Origin: Sulfurovum sp.
GTDB taxonomy: Bacteria; Campylobacterota; Campylobacteria; Campylobacterales; Sulfurovaceae
DNA length: 64,000 nt
Assembly (NCBI GenBank): GCA_027049035.1
Contig: JALTVI010000093.1
Coordinates: 52,197 to 116,196, forward strand
Direction: 5' to 3'
The position numbers were made by a program, and so were the translations under genes. Of the stretch, positions 49,861 through 58,351 are shown in pieces. How positions within the stretch are numbered: the first letter of the stretch is position 1; each line of letters opens with the position of its first letter. The notes beneath the pieces are model-generated. The model was not told the DNA's origin, ran no database searches, and worked only from the letters and a program-made list of their open reading frames with translations.

Positions 49861-51031
49861 CTTTTATATAAATTGGAAAGTTTTCCACATCACTAAGAGT
49901 GATATGCTTTGCCGCAACGCCTTTAGCACAAGCATGAATCATTTTCTGCCCTTCTTCTGAGGACAAAAATCTAAAGATGATACTTCTAAAATCCATCTTT
50001 GCTCTAATAATAATCACACAATCTGTAGGTACAAAATATCCTTTTTCAACTATACTTATTTTTCCAATAACAGAGGTGCCTACACGAGCTAAGACTATAT
50101 CTCCAGCTCGTGCAATTTTTGTAGAATATTTTGTTAATTTTGATGAAGACTGTAGACTATTCGACACTGTATCCTTTTTTAATGAAGTTGTATGAAGAAT
50201 ATGTCGATTAGGAACTTCATTTAGCATATATTTAGATTTTCCTCTAAATATTTCTGCAACATCTTTCAGCTTTTTAGCTTTCTTGGGAAGAATTTGATTA
50301 TTGATATAATTAAATGAGAAATCTGATCTCGTGATAGCTTCATCCGTACTTATTTTTATTTTCTTCCCATCGAGGTTGGAAAGTATAATATTATAGTTTT
50401 GATTTTGAAAACTTTTTTTCAAAATCATAATATGAGTTTTCGCTGGAGTGTTCTTAAATATATTACTTGGTAGCTCAACTATTTTTTCAATATGATAGTT
50501 GAAAAATAAAAATTTCCTAAAATATGCCAATGACTCGTTAGTGAAAAATCCATCTGGCAATATGAGTGCCAGTGTTCCATTGTCTTTTAATATTTTCAGG
50601 TTTTGAAGTATAAATGGAATTTCTGAAGGGATGTATTTCCCTTTATTATATTTTTGCAAATCAAATTCAGCCAAAAGTCTATCGATATCCTTATCTTTTT
50701 TGATTTTGTGAAATGGTGGGTTTCCCAAACATAGATCCACTTTTCCAGTGATACTAGATATTTTATTTATCGTATTATATTTAAGTACATCAAAATTTGT
50801 ACAATGTAGATTAGGGCATAAAGTTGTTATTTTTTTGCAACAATACAAATCAATATCGTTACCATAATAATGAGATAGATCCCAACGCTTTTTTGCTTCA
50901 ATCAAAAGTGCCCCTTCTCCAATTGCAAGATCAATTATTTTTTCTGGAGAAGAAATGTTTAATTCATTAATCAAAATTTGACTATATTTGGCAGGTGTAA
51001 AAAATTGTTTAAATGTCGCTGCCATTGTCAT
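49844..51031 (-). CDS. Gamma-class N6-adenine DNA methyltransferase with a fused target-recognition domain, first gene of the cassette
   Basis: Motif X is QFFTP, motif I is IIDLAIGEGALL and motif IV is NPPF. The C-terminal half resembles a single HsdS-type TRD (ARAGDIVLARVGTSVIGKISIV). Confidence 0.85.
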   Translation of the reverse strand: MTMAATFKQFFTPAKYSQILINELNISSPEKIIDLAIGEGALLIEAKKRWDLSHYYGNDIDLYCCKKITTLCPNLHCTNFDVLKYNTINKISSITGKVDLCLGNPPFHKIKKDKDIDRLLAEFDLQKYNKGKYIPSEIPFILQNLKILKDNGTLALILPDGFFTNESLAYFRKFLFFNYHIEKIVELPSNIFKNTPAKTHIMILKKSFQNQNYNIILSNLDGKKIKISTDEAITRSDFSFNYINNQILPKKAKKLKDVAEIFRGKSKYMLNEVPNRHILHTTSLKKDTVSNSLQSSSKLTKYSTKIARAGDIVLARVGTSVIGKISIVEKGYFVPTDCVIIIRAKMDFRSIIFRFLSSEEGQKMIHACAKGVAAKHITLSDVENFPIYIKGEIDV

Positions 51032-51393
51032 TTTATAGACCCTTCTCGATTTTATGAATAAAAAAATTTTATCATACTCATTCTTTATACTAAATATATG
51101 TATATTTTTTTATTGAACATCCCTCGGATGCGAATACTCTTCAGGACGTTAATGCTATGGCTTCGGCTTGCCGACGGTATAGCATTCACCCTTCCTGCCT
51201 TTTGTCTCTGTCACATTTTAAAACATTTTAGCAAACTTTGGCTAAGTCCTCTCCGCCAATTGGTCATAATTGGCTATAGGCGTTTAAAATTGCAATAAGA
51301 TGCATGATAGCTTGGTATAGTTTGCTTAGATTTGATAAGTTTTGCTATAATTTGTCAAAATGTACTAAAATGCAATAGTAAGGAGTGTTGGCA

Positions 51394-51786
51394 ATGGCAG
51401 CGGCACGGGGTATGCAGAAAGTTGAGTTTTTTACCCATATTGATGAGATCAAAACCATGTATGACAGTGGTTATGTCGTGTTGAAAATTCTCTATGAAGA
51501 ACTCAAGAAAAAATATAACTGGTCAATGTCTTATTGGTCATTTTGCAAGTACATGAAAGAGGAGATAATCTCCAAAGAGATCCAAGTTACACCAAAAAAT
51601 GAAAACACCTCTCAAGTCGATCTTCAAATTCAACCGGTTGTTAAAAATGTTAAAAAAAGCACAATAGATCAAAACAATGATGCCGACTCTGAAAAAGTTG
51701 ATGAATCAGACAAGGAAGAGAAACAGCGTCTTGCCCAGGAGATATTGGATAGGAACGCTGCTTTTATATCTGAGAAATGGAAATAG
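51394..51786 (+). CDS. Hypothetical island protein with an acidic C-terminus
   Basis: The ATG lies 9 nt downstream of AAGGAG. No motif recognised. Confidence 0.5.
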   Translation: MAAARGMQKVEFFTHIDEIKTMYDSGYVVLKILYEELKKKYNWSMSYWSFCKYMKEEIISKEIQVTPKNENTSQVDLQIQPVVKNVKKSTIDQNNDADSEKVDESDKEEKQRLAQEILDRNAAFISEKWK

Positions 51787-51821
51787 GGCTGTTGCACAGT
51801 TTTGTAGTCACATCGTAATGG

Positions 51822-52094
51822 CTATACGATCTCTTGAGACTTTTGCCATTGCTCCTCTGCAAGATCCATCCAGGGCTTGGCTGCATCTTTCATCTTTTGT
51901 GTAGCTACTTGGTAGTCGATAGCCTCAAGATCCTTTCGTTTGACCTCATTTAGCCATACCTGGACAAAGTTATCCTCTGCATCTTTAAATTGTGCTGCAT
52001 CGATGCCCTGTTGTGTCTCAAGTTGAGTAAGTGCTGCCATAGCTGTGCTATACATTTCTCTGAGTACATCATATTCCATTGGTGTCGCCATCAT
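51822..52094 (-). CDS. Hypothetical 90-aa helical protein
   Basis: Its start overlaps the stop of the upstream RHH gene (ATGA-type coupling). Confidence 0.45.
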   Translation of the reverse strand: MMATPMEYDVLREMYSTAMAALTQLETQQGIDAAQFKDAEDNFVQVWLNEVKRKDLEAIDYQVATQKMKDAAKPWMDLAEEQWQKSQEIV

Positions 52095-52495
52095 TGCTCC
52101 TTGTGTTGAAATTGATCCAAAAGCAAACTGATTGTTTGTGAAAGATTCAGCTCCAAAGCCTTGGCTTGGGCTGAGAGTCGCTCATGCACTTCTTTATCCA
52201 AAGTAATCTGCGTGCGTTTATGTCGGTTGCGTGATTTTCCCACCCGCATGGCTACACGAAGCTTTTTGAGTTGCTCATCACTGAGATACTCCCTGATCCA
52301 CTCGTTGAGCTGCTCAAACACCGATTCATTCACCGGCAGCATCTCATCGAAGTTCCGCAACGCTTTACGGGCTTGATCTTTGTTTGTGGCATCACGCCAA
52401 AAAGAGGGGCTTTTATCAAAGCTACGACGCAGATACGCCAGGGCGATGGTGTACTCCTCTTCGTCTCTGATACGCCATCGGTTGGATCGCTGCAT
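52091..52495 (-). CDS. Ribbon-helix-helix DNA-binding protein with MatP-like architecture
   Basis: C-terminal RHH segment (TQITLDKEVHERLSAQAKALELNLSQTISLLL), preceded by a basic stretch and a helical N-domain (NEWIREYLSDEQLKKLR). The order mirrors E. coli MatP as I remember it. Confidence 0.5.
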   Translation of the reverse strand: MQRSNRWRIRDEEEYTIALAYLRRSFDKSPSFWRDATNKDQARKALRNFDEMLPVNESVFEQLNEWIREYLSDEQLKKLRVAMRVGKSRNRHKRTQITLDKEVHERLSAQAKALELNLSQTISLLLDQFQHKEQ

Positions 52496-52698
52496 CGTTA
52501 CCCCTAATTTTAATTGTTACATTGTAATATATATTATTTAAAAACTACTAATAGTTGTTAATTTGATTTTTTTCTAAAATCGTTATAATTACCTGTGATT
52601 AGATGAGCGAACATTCCAACAGTTGCAAAGACAGCATAAAAAAGAATGTACTCGAAAAAAAATTTTTAGAAAATTAAAAATTATTTGGAGACGAACTG

Positions 52699-53502
52699 AT
52701 GATTGAAAAACTTAATAAACAACCCCTGTATGTAAAACTCTATATAAGTACAATAATTCTTTTAGGTTTATTAGCATTAGTTAGTGGTTTTTTTAAAAAT
52801 GTAAATTTTTTTTCAAAAATTATCGTTTATCTTTTTTTAATAAATATTTTTCTTGCTGCATCATTGCATACTTTTTATACCATAAAGCTATTATGGAATA
52901 ATAAGATACTTAAACTGCTTTTTTCAGCTTTATTGGGCTATATAGTAATATTTACCGATAGTAAAATAAGAATAAACATTTATAATATAGTTAAAGAAAA
53001 TCCAGATAACTTTACACCTGCTATTCATGCTTTAGACCTCATATATGTTTACATTTACTTTATTTTGAGTGTAATCAGTATATTGTTCATTTTAAGTATT
53101 GTTGCTCCATTGGTAGATATGGTATTTGAGAGTTTTTCAAAAAAAATAGGAGTAACTGCTAAGATATTTCCTATGTTAATTATTGCAATTTTCTTTATTT
53201 TGTTTTTCGTGTATAATGCTAAAAATATAAATACTTTCGATAAAAAAATAAAAGAAAAAACCCTTCTATTCACTTCTTATTATCCCAATAGAACATGTAA
53301 TAATCGTGATGCGTATAGGCACTATATTAGGTTAGTTGGAGTTTCTGGAAAGATATCGATATCAAATGTTACAGTTGATGAATTTTTAGTGTCAGGTCCA
53401 GTAGATTCGCTTTTTAGCATAATAAAGTTGGATAAAGATATTGAGTTTTATTCTGATTATTGTGATAAAATCGATGCTAATGTATCTTTGAACTCTTTGT
53501 AA
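52699..53502 (+). CDS. Very AT-rich multi-pass membrane protein, hypothetical
   Basis: Five or six hydrophobic helices. It lies in the second AT-rich patch of the island. Confidence 0.55.
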   Translation: MIEKLNKQPLYVKLYISTIILLGLLALVSGFFKNVNFFSKIIVYLFLINIFLAASLHTFYTIKLLWNNKILKLLFSALLGYIVIFTDSKIRINIYNIVKENPDNFTPAIHALDLIYVYIYFILSVISILFILSIVAPLVDMVFESFSKKIGVTAKIFPMLIIAIFFILFFVYNAKNINTFDKKIKEKTLLFTSYYPNRTCNNRDAYRHYIRLVGVSGKISISNVTVDEFLVSGPVDSLFSIIKLDKDIEFYSDYCDKIDANVSLNSL

Positions 53503-53623
53503 TCCAATAATATTCATTGTGGGGTTTTCAATTCCTTCAAAATTAAAAGGATCCTCATTTTTGGCTTTGATCAAAGTTGATGATATACTGAGGTAAGGTA
53601 AGTAGGGCTTTTGCGGGGGCTGA

Positions 53624-53893
53624 TTATACGGTGGTTTTGAAATCTTGTAGGTAAGCGGTCACATACTCTATGAGTCTGTCATTCACGCAGTCTTTATATT
53701 TGAGCGGTACAGACAAAGTAAGCTCAATACCGAAAAACGCTGCCATCTTCTCTCCGGCAAGATCAGTATAGCCTCTCTCAAGAGTGACAACAATAAAAAA
53801 TATTGATAGGCACTTTCTGTTTGGGGTCACTATTCCAAAGAATCGCTTTGGGTAATCCTTGATGTTTTGTCTGAGAAAGGGTGAACCCCACAA
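53624..53893 (-). CDS. Hypothetical 89-aa ORF
   Basis: Supported only as an ORF. No motif recognised. Confidence 0.25.
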   Translation of the reverse strand: MWGSPFLRQNIKDYPKRFFGIVTPNRKCLSIFFIVVTLERGYTDLAGEKMAAFFGIELTLSVPLKYKDCVNDRLIEYVTAYLQDFKTTV

Positions 53894-53946
53894 TTTGACA
53901 AAACGGCGATATTCGCCTATAATTAAGAAAAAGTAAAAGGTTATCT

Positions 53947-54435
53947 ATGAACCAGCAGCAAATGCATAAACTTCTCGGTGTGCCTGAACGAACCCTAAGA
54001 GATTGGAAAAACGGTAAAAGAGAAAAACTCTACCGGCTTTTGGAGAGTTTGGATTTTGAGGCTGCTCAGAAACTGTTACAGATGAATGATGCCCAAGATC
54101 TAAAAAGACTCCTTGAAAATGAACGTTACTACACGTCATTACGTGAGTTTGAAAGAGATCTCTACAGCGTGTTGGTTTCCGGTAGAGATGTGAATGTATG
54201 GCGTAAATTGGCAGGCGATACCGCACTCTCCAAAGAGGCGAGGGCAAGAGCTGCATACCTCTATAGCTTTATGACCGATAAAATGGTAAAGCTCTCTTTT
54301 CAAAAAGAGCTTGATACGGGATTGTACCACAGCAATCGCAACAGTAATGGTGATGGCTTGGCAAGGCTTTACGGGCTTAAAAACGGTATCGATATGCAGC
54401 GGTTTAACCAATATAAAATGACAGGCAGATTCTAA
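53947..54435 (+). CDS. HTH-domain protein (putative antitoxin or regulator paired with the downstream nucleotidyltransferase)
   Basis: N-terminal HTH-like segment (QMHKLLGVPERTLRDWKNGK). Its stop overlaps the next start (TAATG). Confidence 0.55.
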   Translation: MNQQQMHKLLGVPERTLRDWKNGKREKLYRLLESLDFEAAQKLLQMNDAQDLKRLLENERYYTSLREFERDLYSVLVSGRDVNVWRKLAGDTALSKEARARAAYLYSFMTDKMVKLSFQKELDTGLYHSNRNSNGDGLARLYGLKNGIDMQRFNQYKMTGRF

Positions 54436-54980
54436 TGGTACCTCATAGTTTTAAAGAGGCGATCATCGAGATGATGAAACAGATCGCCAAAGAGATACCC
54501 GATAGCCATAAAAAAGTGCCGGTCAAAGCCTATTTGACCGGTGGTGGTGCGGTGCACTACTATTGTAACAGCAGAGTATCCGATGATATCGATCTGATCA
54601 TGCAGTTTTCTGTCAAGATCCCTGAGAATCTTTTCGTTGTATGGATGAATGATGAGGGGATGTTGGAGCAGGTACATTATGATCATACTTACAACAGTAC
54701 TTTTGGATTGCTTCATGAAGACTATGAAGATCGGGCAGTGCATATGGTGACAATCGATGACAAGTTTGAGATATATTTGCTTTCACCGGAAGATCTTATT
54801 ATCTCTAAACTGATTCGTTTTGCACAGAATGATGAAGAGGATATCCGAAATATCATCGCTACAGGCAGAGTTGATAAAGATCTTTTATATGAATTGGCGA
54901 CAGATGCCATCAGTGTAGGTGTAGGATTTCAAAAGAAGTTTGTAGAGACCAATTTGGCGCAAGTGATGGAGATGTTTTGA
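54435..54980 (+). CDS. Minimal nucleotidyltransferase-fold protein (DUF6036 / AbiEii-like)
   Basis: Motif LTGGGAVHYYCNSRVSDDIDLIM, which fits GG-x-A...R-x-S/T-x-DID. Confidence 0.6.
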   Translation: MVPHSFKEAIIEMMKQIAKEIPDSHKKVPVKAYLTGGGAVHYYCNSRVSDDIDLIMQFSVKIPENLFVVWMNDEGMLEQVHYDHTYNSTFGLLHEDYEDRAVHMVTIDDKFEIYLLSPEDLIISKLIRFAQNDEEDIRNIIATGRVDKDLLYELATDAISVGVGFQKKFVETNLAQVMEMF

Positions 54981-55080
54981 GTTTGGCAGACTCTGCCAAA
55001 AAAGTCAGTTTTTAGTGTGCCAACAGCCGACTACTTTTAGTATAAAGCCCGAAAATGCGGCTATATGGGGATTTGTCGTA

Positions 55081-55107
55081 GGGTTCAAGTCCCTCTCTTG
55101 ACACCAC
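55081..55107 (+). repeat. attR-type direct repeat (duplicated tRNA 3' end)
   Basis: Identical 27-mer to the one at 42184-42210. No complete tRNA is present here. Confidence 0.85.
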
Positions 55108-55188
55108 TTTCAAAAACGTTACATTTAATCCACCTTTTTACACTTTCTGACTATAATTCCATAACATTTCACAGGCAGGTTTCCTTTT

Positions 55189-56433
55189 ATGATCGATCTT
55201 AAATATGTAGAGAAGAATTTTGACGAAGCGGCGGCAAGGCTGAAGAAGAAGGGTGTCGATACACAGACACTCGAGAAGCTCAAAACCCTTTTTGGACAAC
55301 TCAAAGAGGCCAATGCGGCACTTGAAGCGGCACAGGCCGAGCAGAACAGTATGTCCAAACTCTTTGGGCAGTACAAGCGCGAGGGCAAAGATATCGGTGA
55401 GCTCAAAGCGAAGGTTGATGCTAACAAGGAGCGCATCGCGCAGCTTCAGGAGAAAGCTAGAGAAGCCGAAGCGGTGCTCTATGAAGTGGCGCTTGCCATT
55501 CCGAACTTTCCAGACGACTCCGTTCCCGAAGGGGAAGATGAAGAGGACAATGTCGAGCTTCGCAAAGTACTGGAGCCAAGAGTTTTTGACTTTGAGCCGC
55601 TGGAGCATTGGGCACTGGCCGAGAAGAACGGCTGGATCGACTTCGAGCGCGGTGTGAAGCTAGCAAAAAGCCGATTTTCGGTGCTGCGTGGTGATGCTGC
55701 AAGGCTTGAAAGAGCGCTTATCAACTTCTTTCTTGACACCAATAGAGAAAAGGGGTTTGAAGAGCTCTGCGTTCCTTTTATGAACAATGCACAGATGCTG
55801 CAGGGTACCGGACAGCTGCCGAAGTTCGAAGAGGATCTCTTCAAGATCGAAGATGAAGACCTCTACCTGATTCCGACAGCCGAAGTGCCGCTGACCAATA
55901 TGTACAATGACGAAATTTTGTCTGAAGAGAAACTGCCTGTACTGATGACAGGCTATACCCCATGCTTTAGAAAAGAGGCAGGAAGTGCAGGCCGTGACAC
56001 CCGCGGGATAATCCGTCAGCACCAGTTCGATAAGGTCGAGATGGTCGCTATTGCCCATCCTGACAAAAGCGATGAGGTGTTCGAGATGATGGTGCAGAAC
56101 GCTTCAGACATTCTCACCGCACTTGGACTGCCCCACCGCGTGGTGGAGCTGTGCGGCGGAGACCTCGGCTTTTCTGCGGCACGTACTATCGACCTTGAGG
56201 TGTGGCTGCCAGGACAGAATAAGTACCGTGAGATCAGCTCCATCTCCAACACCCGAGATTTCCAGGCAAGACGCGCCAAGATCCGCTTTAAAGATGGGAA
56301 GAAGAACAGACTGGTGCATACCCTCAACGGCTCCGCACTGGCGGTAGGGCGTACGCTGATTGCGATTATGGAGAATTATCAGAATGAGGACGGAAGTATC
56401 GAGATTCCGGAAGTGTTGAAGAAGTATATGTAA
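55189..56433 (+). CDS. serS: Seryl-tRNA synthetase
   Basis: 414 aa with an N-terminal coiled-coil arm and a class II core ([29 protein letters not shown]). Confidence 0.95.
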   Translation: MIDLKYVEKNFDEAAARLKKKGVDTQTLEKLKTLFGQLKEANAALEAAQAEQNSMSKLFGQYKREGKDIGELKAKVDANKERIAQLQEKAREAEAVLYEVALAIPNFPDDSVPEGEDEEDNVELRKVLEPRVFDFEPLEHWALAEKNGWIDFERGVKLAKSRFSVLRGDAARLERALINFFLDTNREKGFEELCVPFMNNAQMLQGTGQLPKFEEDLFKIEDEDLYLIPTAEVPLTNMYNDEILSEEKLPVLMTGYTPCFRKEAGSAGRDTRGIIRQHQFDKVEMVAIAHPDKSDEVFEMMVQNASDILTALGLPHRVVELCGGDLGFSAARTIDLEVWLPGQNKYREISSISNTRDFQARRAKIRFKDGKKNRLVHTLNGSALAVGRTLIAIMENYQNEDGSIEIPEVLKKYM

Positions 56434-56442
56434 TATTTCTTG

Positions 56443-56535
56443 TTATTGGTATATTGGTCATTGGTGTATTGGGAAAGGAGAACAGAAAGAAACTTCTGTC
56501 AAACTAACCAATAACCAATAACCAATAACCAATGG
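56443..56535 (+). repeat. Heptamer-array inverted repeat between the convergent serS and leuA genes (probable bidirectional terminator-like hairpin)
   Basis: The left arm is (TATTGGT)-type x4 at 56443-56472. The right arm is (ACCAATA) x4 at 56506-56535 and is the reverse complement of the left. The central hairpin is ACAGAA-AGAAAC-TTCTGT. Confidence 0.8.
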
Positions 56536-58086
56536 CTACAATATTACCTTATGCGGTCTCTCTTTCAATTTCCCTTTCATACTCAGATAACTGTTGAGCG
56601 CGCCGATGTAGGCTCTGGCACTGGCGAGCATCGTATCGATGTGCAGGCCATGGCCGATGACGGCGGGTTCGTCGTTGAAGCTGACCTTGACGGTGACGTT
56701 GGCAAGGGCATCTTTACCCTCTGAGACCGACTTGACACGGTACTCGTCGAGTCTTCCGGTGTATCCGGTGATACGGTCGATGGCTTTGAATACCGCATCG
56801 ATCGTGCCGCCGCCGATGCTGGCATCCATCACCTCACCCTTTTGGGTCTTTATCTTGACAGCCGCGCTTGGGACCCCCTCGCTACAATCCATTAGCTGAA
56901 GCGAAATGATTTCGAAGACCTGTGTCGCCTTGGTCATCTCGTTGGTGACAAGTGCACGTATATCATCATCGTAGATCTCTTTTTTGCGGTCGGCCAGAAT
57001 TTTAAAGCGCTCGAAAGCGCGATTGAGCGCTTCGTCATCAAGGGTGAAGCCAAGTTTGGCAAGCTTGTCCTTGAATGCCGCACGTCCGGAGTGTTTACCA
57101 AGTACCAGTGTATCGCTCAGATCAAGCCCGATATCTTCGGGACGGATGATCTCATATGTCTCCTTGTGCTTGAGCACGCCATCCTGATGAATGCCGCTTT
57201 CATGCGCAAAGGCGTTCTTGCCGACAATGGCCTTGTTGGGCTGCGGTTCAATGCCTGTAATGGTAGCGATAAGTCTACTGGTGGGGTAGATCTCTTTGGT
57301 GTTGATGTTGGTGGTAAAGTCGCCAAATACATCGTTTCTGACCTTCAGTGCCATCACGATCTCTTCGAGCGCGGCATTCCCCGCACGCTCACCAAGACCG
57401 TTGATGGTACACTCCACCTGTCGTGCCCCGTTCATCACCGCTTCAAGCGAGTTGGCGACACCAAGCCCCAGGTCGTTGTGGTTATGTACGGAGATGATAG
57501 CTCTGCCTTTGGTGTATTCGCTCATCTCCTTGACCATCGCGCCGATTTCGAAGGGGAGTCTGAACCCCACGGTATCGGGGAGGTTGATGGTAGTAGCCCC
57601 CGCTTCAATGACCGCATCGGAGATCTCTTTCATAAATCCGATATCCGAACGCCCTGCATCCTCGCAGCTAAACTCTACATCGTCTACGAAAGTACGCGCA
57701 TAGGCGACGGCATCGACGGCACGTCTGATGACCTCGTCGGGCTTCATCTTCAGTTTGTACTCCATATGGATAGGACTGGTTGCGATGAAGGTATGGATAC
57801 GCTTCATCTGCGCCTTTGCGATCGCTTCGCCTGCAGCTTTGATGTCACCCTCAACAGCGCGTGCCAACGAGCAGACGGTGGAGTTTTTTACTCGTTGTGC
57901 GATCTTCTCGATGGCATCGAAATCACCGGGACTCGCTGCAGCGAAGCCCGCCTCGATGATATCCACACCCAAACGCTCAAGCTGCGCGGCGATCTGGATC
58001 TTCTCTTCAGTGTTCATCGAAGCGCCGGGGCTCTGCTCTCCGTCACGCAATGTGGTGTCAAATATTTTAATGGTTTCTGTTGTCAT
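56536..58086 (-). CDS. leuA: 2-isopropylmalate synthase
   Basis: Motif [14 protein letters not shown], counting from the ATG at 58086, plus a C-terminal LeuA regulatory domain. Confidence 0.9.
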   Translation of the reverse strand: MTTETIKIFDTTLRDGEQSPGASMNTEEKIQIAAQLERLGVDIIEAGFAAASPGDFDAIEKIAQRVKNSTVCSLARAVEGDIKAAGEAIAKAQMKRIHTFIATSPIHMEYKLKMKPDEVIRRAVDAVAYARTFVDDVEFSCEDAGRSDIGFMKEISDAVIEAGATTINLPDTVGFRLPFEIGAMVKEMSEYTKGRAIISVHNHNDLGLGVANSLEAVMNGARQVECTINGLGERAGNAALEEIVMALKVRNDVFGDFTTNINTKEIYPTSRLIATITGIEPQPNKAIVGKNAFAHESGIHQDGVLKHKETYEIIRPEDIGLDLSDTLVLGKHSGRAAFKDKLAKLGFTLDDEALNRAFERFKILADRKKEIYDDDIRALVTNEMTKATQVFEIISLQLMDCSEGVPSAAVKIKTQKGEVMDASIGGGTIDAVFKAIDRITGYTGRLDEYRVKSVSEGKDALANVTVKVSFNDEPAVIGHGLHIDTMLASARAYIGALNSYLSMKGKLKERPHKVIL

Positions 58087-58351
58087 ACTGTTTGCCTTGT
58101 TGTCTATGGTACCGTTAGAGTGGTGGCCAAAACGGTAGAAAAATTGTCTAATTCTACCCAAAAAGGGGTTAATTAGAAACTAAATACGTAAAAAGGGTCT
58201 GAAGGGAGGATTATAGAGATAGTAGCAGAAGAGTGGTCTTTGGCGTGAAGATGGTGTGCGTTTGCATAAAGTGTTTCATTTGACTCTCCTGTTTGAATTT
58301 TTGGCAAGTATACTTGTTTTTTTGCAGTTTGTCAACCGACAGAGGAGGGCA

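Larger units (their letters stand above)
42184..55107. mobile_element. tRNA-integrated genomic island (integrative mobilizable element or integrated plasmid-like element), about 12.9 kb
   Basis: A perfect 27-bp direct repeat, GGGTTCAAGTCCCTCTCTTGACACCAC, occurs at 42184-42210 (tRNA 3' end) and at 55081-55107. A tyrosine integrase lies next to the tRNA. ParA-, MobC- and Rep-like genes are present, and the internal composition is patchy and AT-rich. Confidence 0.8.

Noticed and set aside
42184-55107. Prophage interpretation of the island
   Set aside because: There are no terminase, portal, capsid, tail or lysis genes. The content (int, parA, mobC-like, rep-like) fits a mobilizable island or an integrated plasmid.
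57091-58176. 361-aa plus-strand ORF
   Set aside because: It lies antisense to leuA, which carries the diagnostic LRDGEQ motif.
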